DNA of 64,000 nt, from the NCBI RefSeq assembly GCF_009914755.1, contig NC_060932.1. One strand, 5' to 3'. The translations under genes and the position numbers were made by a program. This DNA is from the human T2T-CHM13v2.0 reference genome, Homo sapiens. Shown here piece by piece: positions 1-10,570 of this stretch (position 1 is its first letter; each line of letters starts with the position of its first letter). The notes under the pieces were generated by a model that had not been told where the DNA came from, ran no database searches, and saw only the letters and a program-made list of their open reading frames with translations.

Positions 1-323
1 GCTCCTCTGACTTGCACCAGCCTCCTTTCTGCTCTGCCTTGGAGAGTGCGGTGGGAGATGGCAAAGAATATCCAGGATAAGGTTTGTAAATGGATGAAGG
101 GTTCACAAGAAGACCCTGGGACTAGCAGGCAGGGACTTTGACTCAATGTGCTGAGTGATTTCAGCGGCAACTCACTTCCCTTCTATGGGCCTCAGTTTCT
201 CCATTTGTGAAATGCAAAGACTGGGCTGGATGCTCACGAAGGGCTCTCCCAGCATGTTCTTTAATAATTCTAGCTACATAGGTATTGTCTTGGGGAGCAG
301 AAGGGAGGAGGGAAATTGGGATA

Positions 324-707
324 TGTTATGGGCTGAATTTACATATTCAAAATTCATATGTTGAAGTCTGAACCTTCAATATCTTTAAATGTGACTGTAC
401 TTGGGAAGGATCTTTAAGAGGTAATGAAGGTTTAATGAATCTTTGGGGTGGGCCCTAATCCAATATGACTGGTGTCCTTGTAAGAAGAGGATATTAGGTC
501 ACAGACACCCACAGAGGAAGGACACATGAAGACACATGGAAGAGACGGGCATTTTCAAGCCCAGGAGAATGGCCTTAGAAAACACCAAACCTGCTGACAC
601 TTTAAACTTGGACTTCTGGCCTCTAAAATTATGAGAAAATAAATGTGTTCTTTTAAGATGCTCAGTCTGTGGTACTTGGTTCTGACAGCCCTAGCAAATC
701 AATGCAA
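324..707 (+). mobile_element. MaLR solo LTR, MLT1A/B-like
   Basis: Starts TGTTATGGGCTGAATT and contains ATTCATATGTTGAAGTC, GGGCCCTAATCCAATATGACTGGTGTCCTT and TTGGACTTCTGGCCTC. Ends ACAGCCCTAGCAAATCAATGCA. Matches the remembered MLT1A/B layout. Confidence 0.85.
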
Positions 708-829
708 GGTAACACCATAAGCTGATCCAACTGCAGTGTCCTCCAGCCACAGTACCTTGGTTCTTGTGGGGTCAGACTAGCCAAAGAGTATGGGAGGCAA
801 GGGGAGAGGCTCAGCGTAGATCATCTTGA

Positions 830-1200
830 ACAACATGCATTGAGCCTACTTTGCAGTCAGGGCTGAATTGGTGCACCCTACCCCTGCCCTCAAGGAGCCC
901 TTGATCCCATGAGGGAGACGGACTTACAGTGAGGAATACTTGTTGTGTGAATCGTGGTGATGAAACATACACAGCACAGACACAGGCCTGGGGAGGGAAC
1001 AGTCCATTGTCCAGATGACTTCACTGAGGAGAGCTTGGAAGGGCCAGCTGTGGTGTCCAGCGATCAGAGAATGGAGGGAAGAGCATCCCAGCAGAGTGAT
1101 CAGCATTTGCAAAGGCACAGAGGCACAAACATTTCCCTGGGGCAACTGAAATATGAGACTGGAGAGCAGAGCTGGGGAGGCCCTGAGGGAATGCAGCTTA
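830..1200. mobile_element. Degraded L2 fragment
   Basis: CCTGCCCTCAAGGAGC ... GACTTCACTGAGGAG ... CAGCATTTGCAAAGGCACAGAGGC are typical L2 3' motifs. Confidence 0.55.
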
Positions 1201-1878
1201 TAAACATGGGGACCCTGGAGCCAGCCCATTGGAACTCAGCAGGGCCACTTCCTAGCTGGGTGACCCTCAGCAGGTTACTTGGCCTCTTGGAACCTCAGTG
1301 TTCTCATCTGCAAAATGGTGATGGCGATAGTACCTACCTTAGAGGATTGCCTCAGAGACTAAGTAGGTAAATATCTACAGCATGCTTTGAACAGTACCCT
1401 GCATGTGAATGGTACTTCAGCAACTCTGGCTGTCAGCTCAGCTCTGGTTTTCACACCTGCTCTCCCACAGAGTGGCTGAAATGATTATTTCATCAACCCT
1501 TTTGGTTGGGCACAGTGGGGAGTGAGGTCAGTGTAGAACATCAATCTTCGTTAGCTAGAACTGGGAACTGAGAGGTGCAGAGAATCCTGGAAATGCAAGG
1601 AGAACTTGCCAGAAAGCATTTCAGCAGGGTTCCAGGAGGCCTGCTGCTGAAGGGGGCAACCTTTGTGGCCCTAAAACTCTGTGACGCACGTAGGGGAAGG
1701 AACTGAAAAGGGGACCTGAAAGATATGTTTTCTCAGTAACAGGCACAAGAGGCAGCAGGGGTGGAGGAACAGTGTTTTGGAGACTCCGAGGAGTAGAATT
1801 GCTGGCTCTCAGGGCTGGGAGGCCCTGTTTAACTTTACAGTGTTTGATATGATAAAAAGATGCAAATAGTTACCCTCA

Positions 1879-2025
1879 TTTTTTTTTTTTTGAGATGGAG
1901 TCTTGCTCTGTTGCCCAGGCTGGAGTGCAGTGTGGCGTGATCTTGTCTTACTGCAATCTCCGCCTCCCGGGTTTAAATGATTCTCCTCTCTCAGCCTCCT
2001 AAGTAGCTGGGACTACAGGCATATG
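1879..2025 (-). mobile_element. 5'-truncated Alu (right arm only)
   Basis: T13 followed by GAGATGGAGTCTTGCTCTGTTGCCCAGGCTGGAGTGCAG. Flanked by TACCCTC(A)TTTTT target duplication at 1871 and 2026. Confidence 0.95.
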
Positions 2026-2039
2026 TACCCTCTTTTTAT

Positions 2040-2230
2040 AATTAAAGATTTCTTACCAAAAATCCAGATGTCCAGCTTCTGGTGGACACAGAATATCTGA
2101 GAACAGTAGCTGGCATTCCCATGCGGCAACCATCAGCAGTAATTCAATGGCAGGTGCCCCCACAGTAGGTCATTTTCTTTCTCTGCCCCATCCCAGCAGG
2201 CATTTGCATGTAAGATTGCCAAGTCTAGCC
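2040..2230. mobile_element. hAT-Charlie relic, MER102-like (probable host of the Alu)
   Basis: AAAATCCAGATGTCCAGCTTCT ... GCATTCCCATGCGGCAAC ... GGTGCCCCC resembles the remembered MER102 consensus. Confidence 0.45.
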
Positions 2231-2459
2231 CAACACTCTCCTTTTACAGATGAGGAAACAGTGGGGATGTGACTCATCCAATTTTACACATGTGAGTGAC
2301 CCAGCATCGGATGAGATCTCAGGCCTCCTAACACTCAGTCACACATGCATTCCACACCTCTGCTTGCCTTCTTTTGCCTTAGTACCCTGGTGGAAAGGGT
2401 AGAGGAGCAAGGGGATATGGTCTTCTTTTAGTTTTAATTGATAGTAACTATTAAGAAAA

Positions 2460-2670
2460 AGAGCAGCCATCAATTAAATGTCTACAATGTATCAGGGACT
2501 TCACACACATTTAAATTCTCATAACAACCCTGGAAAGTAAATATTATTATTCCTATTTTTCAGATGAGGAAACGGAGGTGCAGAAAGGTTAAAAAGCATG
2601 CCCGAGGTCGCTGGGGTGGTGTGTGATGAAGCTGGGTCCTGAACCATGGTTGAATGGACTCTAAAGCATT
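2460..2670 (-). mobile_element. MIR
   Basis: Core CTCATAACAACCCTG ... ATTTTTCAGATGAGGAAACGGAGGTGCAGAAAGGTTAA. Confidence 0.8.
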
Positions 2671-3457
2671 GTAGCAAGCGTGTTCTTAGGCTCTGGGGCA
2701 TGCTAAAGTAGGAAAGTTCTGGAAGCTGTGGTCCAAGTGGTTTACTAGTGTTCCATTCAGACAGTTCAGGGCATGTCAGGGGAGATTTCAAGTTGTTGAG
2801 TGTCCCATGAGCCTCGTGGGAGAGAGGGGACTTGATCTCCCTCCCTGGGACTGACCACCCATACCCCCTGCAGACATTTCTCATCATAGTTGGGGGTTGG
2901 GGGACACCTTTAGGGAAAAGCTGGGGGGCCTGGCCAGGGCTCAGGATGGAGGAATGACTTATAAACTAGAGGGCCTTAACCATCTTCAAGGCACCCCCCC
3001 ACCTCTAGCCCCCTATGCAGTGTTTAATGGCCTTAGCGGAGGGCTCCCCAGCACCACCAGCTGAGCTTAACATGGCTGTTGTTCCTTGGTGTTGAGGCTT
3101 CCTTTAGTTTGACTGTCTCAAAAAGTGTCTGCTCCCTGAGTCCAGGGACCCCTTCCCATGTATCTCTATATCCCCATCATCTAGAATGTTGCTTGACTCA
3201 TGATAGGTACAACAAATGTGTGGTTCTGGAATGGATGAATGAATGTATGATGCAGGATTCACTTCTTTCTGGGGAGAGATCGCTGGGGTTTAAGTCTTGG
3301 CTCTACCCTTACTAAATGAGTGACCTGGACAAATTATTTAACCTCTCTGGGACTCAGTTTCTACATCTGTGAAATGGAGACAAAAATCGTGCTTATCTCA
3401 TTGCTTATTGTTAAAATTAATATATTGCCCATAAAGTGCTTAGCACAATATCTTGTC

Positions 3458-3643
3458 TTGTGCTGTCTGATATGGTGGCCACTAGTCACAGGTGACTATT
3501 TAAAATAACCAAAATGAACTAAAATTAAAATTGAGATTCTTCCATTGCACCAGCTGCATTTCAAGTTCTCAGTGGCTTCTAAATTGGACAGCACAGATAT
3601 AGAACGTTTCCATCATCACAGATAATTCTCCTAGACAGAGCTG
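3458..3643. mobile_element. MER3-like hAT-Charlie MITE
   Basis: TGCTGTCTGATATGGTGGCCACTAGTCACAGGTG ... TTGGACAGCACAGATATAGAACGTTTCCATCATCACAG. Confidence 0.7.
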
Positions 3644-4659
3644 GTGGAGAATATTGTAAGGGCTCTGTGATGCTAGCCATTTCTCGTTACAATTACTCCT
3701 GCTGTTATTGTCGCTGTCTCTCAACTCAAGGTGGAGGGTGATACTAGGTCACTACAGCAGGAGATTTGCCCTTGTGGCAGCCCAGGCTGAAAGTCCATAC
3801 CCTGCATTTGCTTTCTTCTTAGAATGCTGTCCTGCCGATCTTCACTTGCTGACATCCTCCTTGTGCCAATGCCTGGTAGGACAGGCTTTAAGAAGCTTTT
3901 CAGAGGGAGAGCCCAACATAAGAGCCTTCTTCTCCATGAGTCTAGCCTCCCTTTGAGAGCTGGAACTGGATTTCCTTCATCCCTGCCTCCCCAGTGCCTG
4001 GCACTGGGTAAGCACTCAGAATAAATTTGTTGGGGAATGAAGGAGCTGTGTCTGAAAGTTTGCATGGGTCTAAGACAGTGTGTTCACTCAGCTCCATGAC
4101 TGCATCAAAGCATTTCTAATACCAGATGACTTACACTGTGGAAGAAAGAGCAGCTAGGAAACAGGTCTGTATCCGTGGCCAGGAGGCATGAGCCTCAGAA
4201 ATGTTGGCAGGATGAGCAGCCTTAGAGAATGATGGCAGCGCCCCGGGGAAATGACAGGAAGCACAAGTTGAGTGGCCCAGGGAAGGCGAATGGGCATCAG
4301 AGAATTAAGAAGAACTGTCTTGTGCATGGGAGACTCTCCAAGACCTCTTGGATCGGAAAGGAAGAGCTGAGGTTTCAGTATATCTTGGCAGGGGTGGGCA
4401 AGCCACAGACCTCCCTTAGTTTCTGTTATGTGTCCCCGCTGCACTGATAGGGCCTGAGGAAATGAAAGTTAACCAGTAACAAATATTTTTGGGTCTGTCA
4501 CTTTAAAGAGTCTTCAGTTGGCTTCCCTTATCATTGGAGATTATTTCTTTTGTGAGTGTGTTTTCTTTGCATATTCTTTGCATATGTATTGTTTCAAGGA
4601 GAAATGGTAGCTTCCTGGGTGTTGACATCTGAGGCAAAGTTTTAGATTTAACTTGAGGT

Positions 4660-5013
4660 CATCTTAGTCGACTCAGGCTGCCATAATAAAATACCACGGA
4701 CTGGGGTCTTAAACAGCAGACATTTATTATCTCGCTGTTCTGGAGGCTCGGAGGTCCAAGATCAAGGTGTCAGCAGATTTGGCTCCTGGTGAGAGCTCTC
4801 TTCCTGGCTTGTGGATGGCTGCCTTCTTGCTGTGTCCTCACCTGGTGGAGTGAGAGATTTTTTGTCTCTTTCTCTTCTTCTAAGGGCACCAATCCCATCA
4901 CTGAGACTGTAGCCTCAGGACCTCCTCTAAACCTAATTACTCCCCACAGGCCTCACCTCCTAATATCATCATGTTGGAGGTTAGGGCTTCAGCAGATAAA
5001 TTTGGGGGGCACA
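4660..5013 (-). mobile_element. MaLR solo LTR, MLT1A-like
   Basis: TCTTAGTC ... GGCTGCCATAATAAAATACCACGGACTGGGG.CTTAAACAGCAGACATTTATT ... AAGATCAAGGTGTCAGCAG ... GGAGGTTAGGGCTTCA. Confidence 0.85.
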
Positions 5014-5023
5014 GGGTTCATAC

Positions 5024-5677
5024 TGTTGATGAAAAAAGCCAAACTCTGAAATACTTGAAGAAGTTTATTCTGAGCCAAGTGTGAGGACCATGGCCCGTGA
5101 CACAGCCTCAGAAGGTCCTGAGAACATGTGCCCAAGATGTTTGGGTTATACTTTGACTTTATACATTTTAGGGAGACAGAAGCTACAGGGAAAACATAAA
5201 TCAATACGTGTGAGTTATATGTTAGCTTGGCCAAGAAAGGCAGGTCATCTTGAAGTGGGTGCTTTCAGGTCACAGGCAGATTCAAAGATTTCCTGATTGG
5301 CAATTGGTTGAAAGTGTTAAGCTTTGCCTAAAGAGTTTGAGTCAGCAGAAGAAATGCTTGGGGTTAAGATAACGGGGGTTGTGGAGGCCAGGTTTCTTCT
5401 TATGTAGACGAAGCCTCCAGGTAGCAGACTTCAGAGAGAACAGATGGTAAATGTCTTTTATCAGACCTTAAAAGCTGTCAGACTTTTAGTTAAATCTCTC
5501 CTGGATCAGGAAAAGACTTAGAAAGGGAAGAAGATTCTCTGCAGAATGTAAATTTTCCCCACAACGGGTGGCTTTGCAGGGTCATTTCAAAATATGTCCA
5601 AGAAATATATTTGGAGGTAAAATACTTTCATTTCCTTTAGGGACTGTTATCTGTCACGTGATGTTATATCAGAGTCT
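5024..5677 (-). mobile_element. ERV1 LTR, MER4 family (partial)
   Basis: TGTTGATGAAAAAAGCCAAACTCTG ... TTTATTCTGAGCCAA ... GGTCCTGAGAACATGTGCCCAAG ... TATACATTTTAGGGAGACAG. Confidence 0.8.
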
Positions 5678-5779
5678 CAGGCTTCCCCGACCCACTTCTC
5701 TTTGACACCGGCAGAAATCTAATATCTGTATCAGGGTCCACATAGACCAATGGCATCCAGCCCTGATGTCAGGCCATCT

Positions 5780-6210
5780 TTAGCCTCCACTGATCACCTG
5801 CCCACATTCTGCACATCAGCCTCACTCAACTTTCTGTTTTTCTTGCAGCCCAGGCTGTTTGGCACCTCTGGGACTTTGCACGTGCTCTTTCCACTTCCTG
5901 GTTCATTCTCCCCCTGCCTTGGCATCTGACTGAATCTTCCTCCTTTGTCAGGCCTCAGCTTAGATGTCACTGCTCTGAACCTGCCCCCAGTCCCCTGGTC
6001 TGAGTTAGGTGCAGCTTGTCCTCTCACAGGAGCTGGCCCACACCTGCCACCTGACTCCTGAATGCACCAGCAACCCCTGCTGGGGCTCCAACTGCTATTC
6101 AGACGGTGCGCCTTAGGCCGGAAGGACCAGGTCTGTCTTGTGAACAATTGTATCCTCAGTGACTGGCCCCAGGCATAGGAGGTGCTTCATGTAATACTTA
6201 TTGAATGAGT
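5780..6210. mobile_element. L2 3' fragment
   Basis: CCTCTGGGACTTTGCACGTGCT ... CTCAGCTTAGATGTCAC ... GGCATAGGAGGTGCT ... TACTTATTGAATGAG. Confidence 0.65.
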
Positions 6211-6419
6211 CAAAAAGGTGAATTAAAGAATGTTGTCATCAAGTTCATAAGTCAGCCTCAGATTACTGGTTCTGACAGTCTTGGTAATGCTTTTTAAGTT
6301 GAGGTTTCTTTAAGCTGATTGTTGAAAACGGTTTACTCATCACAGGAGTTTATTCATTTACTGGTCCAAAAAGGATAAAATCATACAAATGGCTTTGTAT
6401 CCTTTTGCTATTACAATAC

Positions 6420-6640
6420 AGAAATTCGTAGCATGGATTTTGGAGCCAGACTGTCTGCATGTGAGTTCCAACTCTGTCACTGAGAAGCTGCGTGACTTTG
6501 GGCAAACTATTTTTCTGTGCCTCAGTTTCCTCATCTTTAAGATAAGATTCTAATAAAACTTATCTAATGATGTTGTGAGGATTAAATTCGTCTGTATTTG
6601 ACTAATCCCTAAACACATAGAAGCACTATATAAAATGTGT
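6420..6640 (+). mobile_element. MIR
   Basis: TTGGAGCCAGACTGTCTG ... GTGACTTTGGGCAAA ... CTGTGCCTCAGTTTCCTCATCT ... GTTGTGAGGATTAAAT. Confidence 0.8.
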
Positions 6641-8109
6641 TAAATAAAGTAAATCAGGAATAAATCTCATAAACAGTGTGGTAGTCTCTTAGAAGTTAAC
6701 TTCCTTTTGGAATAAAGCATTGGCATGGTTCTAGCACAAGGCAACTTCAAGGACAAAAGTGAAGATCATTTTCAGTGTGTGCCCACCCTCTATTTCTATC
6801 CCGTTTTACTTTCTGTGGTGTTTTGTCTTGCAAAGTGTTATCTTCCTCTTCACCATCTCACAACAAATGCTTTTGGATCTGCCAAAAAGGCCAATTCATA
6901 CTCTAATGTAAATGACTGATAGACTCTAATGTGCTTCTCCAAAATTATTGTCTTAACATGAAGTGTCCTGATTAGTCTGGGGAATTCAGGAGGGCAGAAA
7001 CCACATACTATACATGTCAATATCCTCCTTGACCCTGGCTCTCTACACCTCTAAGTGCGGCAGACATTGGCCAGCCCTATTATCAAGTCTCCCGGGAAAC
7101 AGTCAGGAGTGTGAGGGTTAGACCCATTGAACAGAATGCTGAGAACCTTGGAGACACATTGGGAAGAGAGGGGAAGAAGTGCCACCAGCACTGAATAACA
7201 ACGGTTGAGTTTAAAATACAAAATCAGAATCCTGGTCAGCTTACACTGGCACTCCAAGACTATGGAGCCCTCAGATGCCACATGACCCAACCTCAAAGGA
7301 GAGCTGCGGTTTCAGACTCAGGGTGACAGCAGCCAATGATTTAGAAAGCAGAGCTCAGCGTGGGACCCATGGCAGGAGGCTGCTTGGAGTCTGTAAATGA
7401 TGCCATTGTTTGAGGTTACATGCAATCAAAGAAGGAAAAACTCAGGGGTAGGCTTTGGGCTGGGGGAGCAGGGAAAAAAGAAAAACAAACCACTTAAAAT
7501 TTTAGGGACATCTCCTGCCAAAAGCTTTTTTTTTTTTTTTTCAAATAAAAAAAAAAAAACACCCCGATCTGAAGCCAATGAAGCAAACAGGAAAGCAGCG
7601 TCTGGGCCTGCTCTGAGGGCAGATGGCAGCCTCTTGGGTTTCAGAATGAGTTGATCATTGCGTAAACAAGGTGGCCTCTGGGCGGGGGCAGCCTGCTCTG
7701 TAAGAGCTCTTCCCCAACGGGCACTTGGGCCCTTTAGTGTCCACATTCTTCAAGCCTGGCAGTGCCCTGCCCTGGAGTCCCTTCAAGTTCAATGTTGCTT
7801 GGCAACTTACAATGTGCTATTACGACCGTGTCTGTTATTCCCCATGATGATCCTGTGAACGTGGTGTGGATTAGTAGATCCATCTTATGGAAAGGGGTAC
7901 CCTGGGTTTCAGAAAGGTAGCCTTGCTAGCTCAAGGTCAGGTGGAGAGGAAATGGCAGAGCCAAGCACAGGACACAGGCCTCTGTTTTGCCATTTAGCTA
8001 GGCAAGTGCAACAGGAAGGAAGGGGGAGGCATGCGTGACCCTGGGGAGGGCTGAGAGCCTTAACCATAACATCACCTTGGGGTTTGTTGAGTGTCCTTGA
8101 GTAAGCACG

Positions 8110-8350
8110 GGCTCTGGAACAAAAGAGCATGAACTCAAGCCCCAGATCCAGATCCTCCTAGCAGGAAAGTTTCTGAGATTTCTTGGGAAACTTAACCTTG
8201 GGAAAGTTTCTGAGATTTCTGAGCCTTGGGTTCCTCATCTGTGAAATGGGGATAGTAGTAGGACCTGCCTTATAAAGATGCGGTGGGAATTCAATGAGCT
8301 AAAGCCTATGAAATGTTTAGAGCCACTTCTGGCACACCCTGAGTGTTAGC
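8110..8350 (+). mobile_element. MIR with internal 37-bp-period duplication
   Basis: GTTCCTCATCTGTGAAATGGGGATAGTAGTAGGACCTGCCT core. GGAAAGTTTCTGAGATTTCT occurs at both 8164 and 8201. Confidence 0.75.
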
Positions 8351-8929
8351 TCTTATTGCAACATCCTTTCATGTAAACTCATTTAGGGTTTTATATTTAT
8401 GCTGAGAAGGATTTATTTTTGTTTTTATTTTACAGATGATGAAACAGGACACAGAGAGGTTATTTTTCCCAAATCCAGTAAAGACGCAGAGCTGGAGGTT
8501 GAACCAGGGCTTCCGATGCCAATTCTGGATTGCTCCTGGCTGTGCCATGTTGGTTCTGTATGCCAAAATTCTTGGACTTTCTTGCTATTGTTGACCCCCA
8601 GTGTCTTGCTAGATGCTGCCTGGGACCGACACTGAGCAGAATCATGACAGGAGTGTCCGTGTCCCTAGGCTTCCCTTTTTGCCCAATTGCCCTATATTGG
8701 TGGAGGCTCCAACCTGCCCTGCAAGATGCTGGGTGCTCTTCTGCATCTGACTTATTCTTCCGCTCTGATTTATGTGAACTTATTTCCAAGACGTGGTAAT
8801 TAATCACCGCCTCAGCAAGGGGGATCTGGGGGGGCTGACAAAGCACTGGAGCCCCTATAGGATTCCACAAACATTGGGATAATCAATATTCCTATTGATA
8901 TATTTATTCTGGATTCCCTGTGTACTTAC

Positions 8930-9780
8930 TGGGTACTTGTTCTGAGTGCTCCTCCTGTGCCAGCTGCTGGGGATGCAATGGTGAGTCCAAGCAGACATAG
9001 CCCAGGAGCTCCTAACGTTTGGAGTCCAGCAGGGAAGACTGATAGTAATCAGAGTCACGGTCATGAATGTGCAGCTACACACTGAGATAAGTTATCTGAA
9101 GGAAGCAAATCCAGCTTTGGGGAAACTGAGTAATAAAGAAAAAAATGATCTCAACTTGGGAGTCAGGGAAGGCTTCCTCAAGCCACTTAAAAGTGATGTC
9201 TGAGTTGCGTTCTGAAAGGCAGTGACAGTGAGCTAGTGAAGTGAGGATGGAAGAGCATTCCAGGCAATGGGAACAGCGAGTGCAAAGGCCCTATGGGGGA
9301 ACTGACATTTTAGTTGGGTGAGCATGCAGAGGGCAAGGGGGAAGGACATGTGAGATGGGGTTAGAGGGGCCAGGGGTCATTTTAGGAGAGCGGGGTTGAA
9401 TGATAGGGGGCAGGGAATCCACTAGAGAATTCTAATTTGAAGTGGTAGGGATGAGGTATTCATATTATTTAGTTTGTATTTGTAAAAGATCCCTCTGGCT
9501 GTTGAGTTGAGACTGGATTGGAAGGAGGTTAGAGTGGTGGCAAAGAGACAAGTCAGAAGGCTATAGATGTGGGCTGGGCAAGAGCTGCCAATACGTGGGA
9601 CCCAGGTAGAGGTGGTGGTGCTGGACATAGATGGATTTGTGAGCTCTTCAGGAGTTAAAATCGACTGTTTCCTGTTCCAGGTACTATAGGAACTGGAGAT
9701 ACAATGATGAATAGGATATAGAAACCCATCTTCAAGGGGCTTACAGTCTAACAAGAGGGAGGCAGACGTGTAACAGATAC
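8930..9780. mobile_element. L2 fragments
   Basis: GAGTCAGGGAAGGCTTCCTC, AGAGCATTCCAGGCAATGGGAACAGCGAGTGCAAAGGCCCT, TGTAAAAGATCCCTCTGGCTG. Confidence 0.7.
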
Positions 9781-9803
9781 ATACATACAAATACAACTGG
9801 CCG

Positions 9804-10570
9804 TGATGGAGGATTGTAGAAATGGCCACAATATTTTGGACTGTGTTGTACCCACACCCTTTGCAATGTGACTTCCTAGCTTTTCCATAAGAGACTGGGT
9901 CTATTTCTCTATCCCTTGGATGAGGCCTGGTCTTATGATGTGCTTCTGTTGATAAAATTTGGTAGAAGTGATGTATGTTGGTTTTGAGCCCAGGCCTCTG
10001 TTGGCTTTGTGTGCTTCTACCATGTCTACAAATCTTGCAGAGTTTCTAGGAGAACAAACCCAGGCAAGCCTTCTTGATGATGAGAGACACATGGCCCAGT
10101 CATCTCTGTTCCTCTACCAGAGAGCAGGCCAAATACCAGATATGCAAAATAAACATCTTAGACTAGTTAACCCCTGGGTATCTGGCCACCTGACTGCAGA
10201 TGCACAAGTGAGCTCAAGCAAGATCAGCCATGCCTGGCCACAATTAGCAGATGGGTTCAGCCAGCCCATAGATTTGCAAGCAGTAATAAATGCTTATTGC
10301 TCCAAGCAGTGATTGCCAAACTACAGCCTGTGGGCTGACCAGCCACCTGTTTTTGTATATAAAATTTTATTAGAATTTAGTCATGACAGTTATTTATGCA
10401 TTGTCTGTGACTCCCTTTGAGTTACAAAGGCAAAACTGAGTAGTTGCAACAGAGATGCTGTAATCTGCAGAGCCTAAAATACTACCTTTTAAGAAAATGT
10501 TTGCTTGCCCCTGGTTTAGAGGTATTCAGTTGTGGAGCAGCTTGTTACACAGCACTAGCTGCCTGATGCA
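9804..10570 (+). mobile_element. MaLR LTR (MLT1G/H-like) interrupted by MER58A
   Basis: AAATGGCCACAA ... CCCACACCCTTTGCAATGTGACTT ... AGAAGTGATG ... TAATAAATGCTTATTG, resuming after 10513 with TTGTTACACAGCACTAGCT. Confidence 0.7.
10307..10513. mobile_element. MER58A (hAT-Charlie MITE)
   Basis: CAGTGATTGCCAAACTACAGCCTGTGGGC ... TGAGTAGTTGCAACAGAGA ... AAAATGTTTGCTTGCCCCTG, with CAG...CTG termini. Confidence 0.8.
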
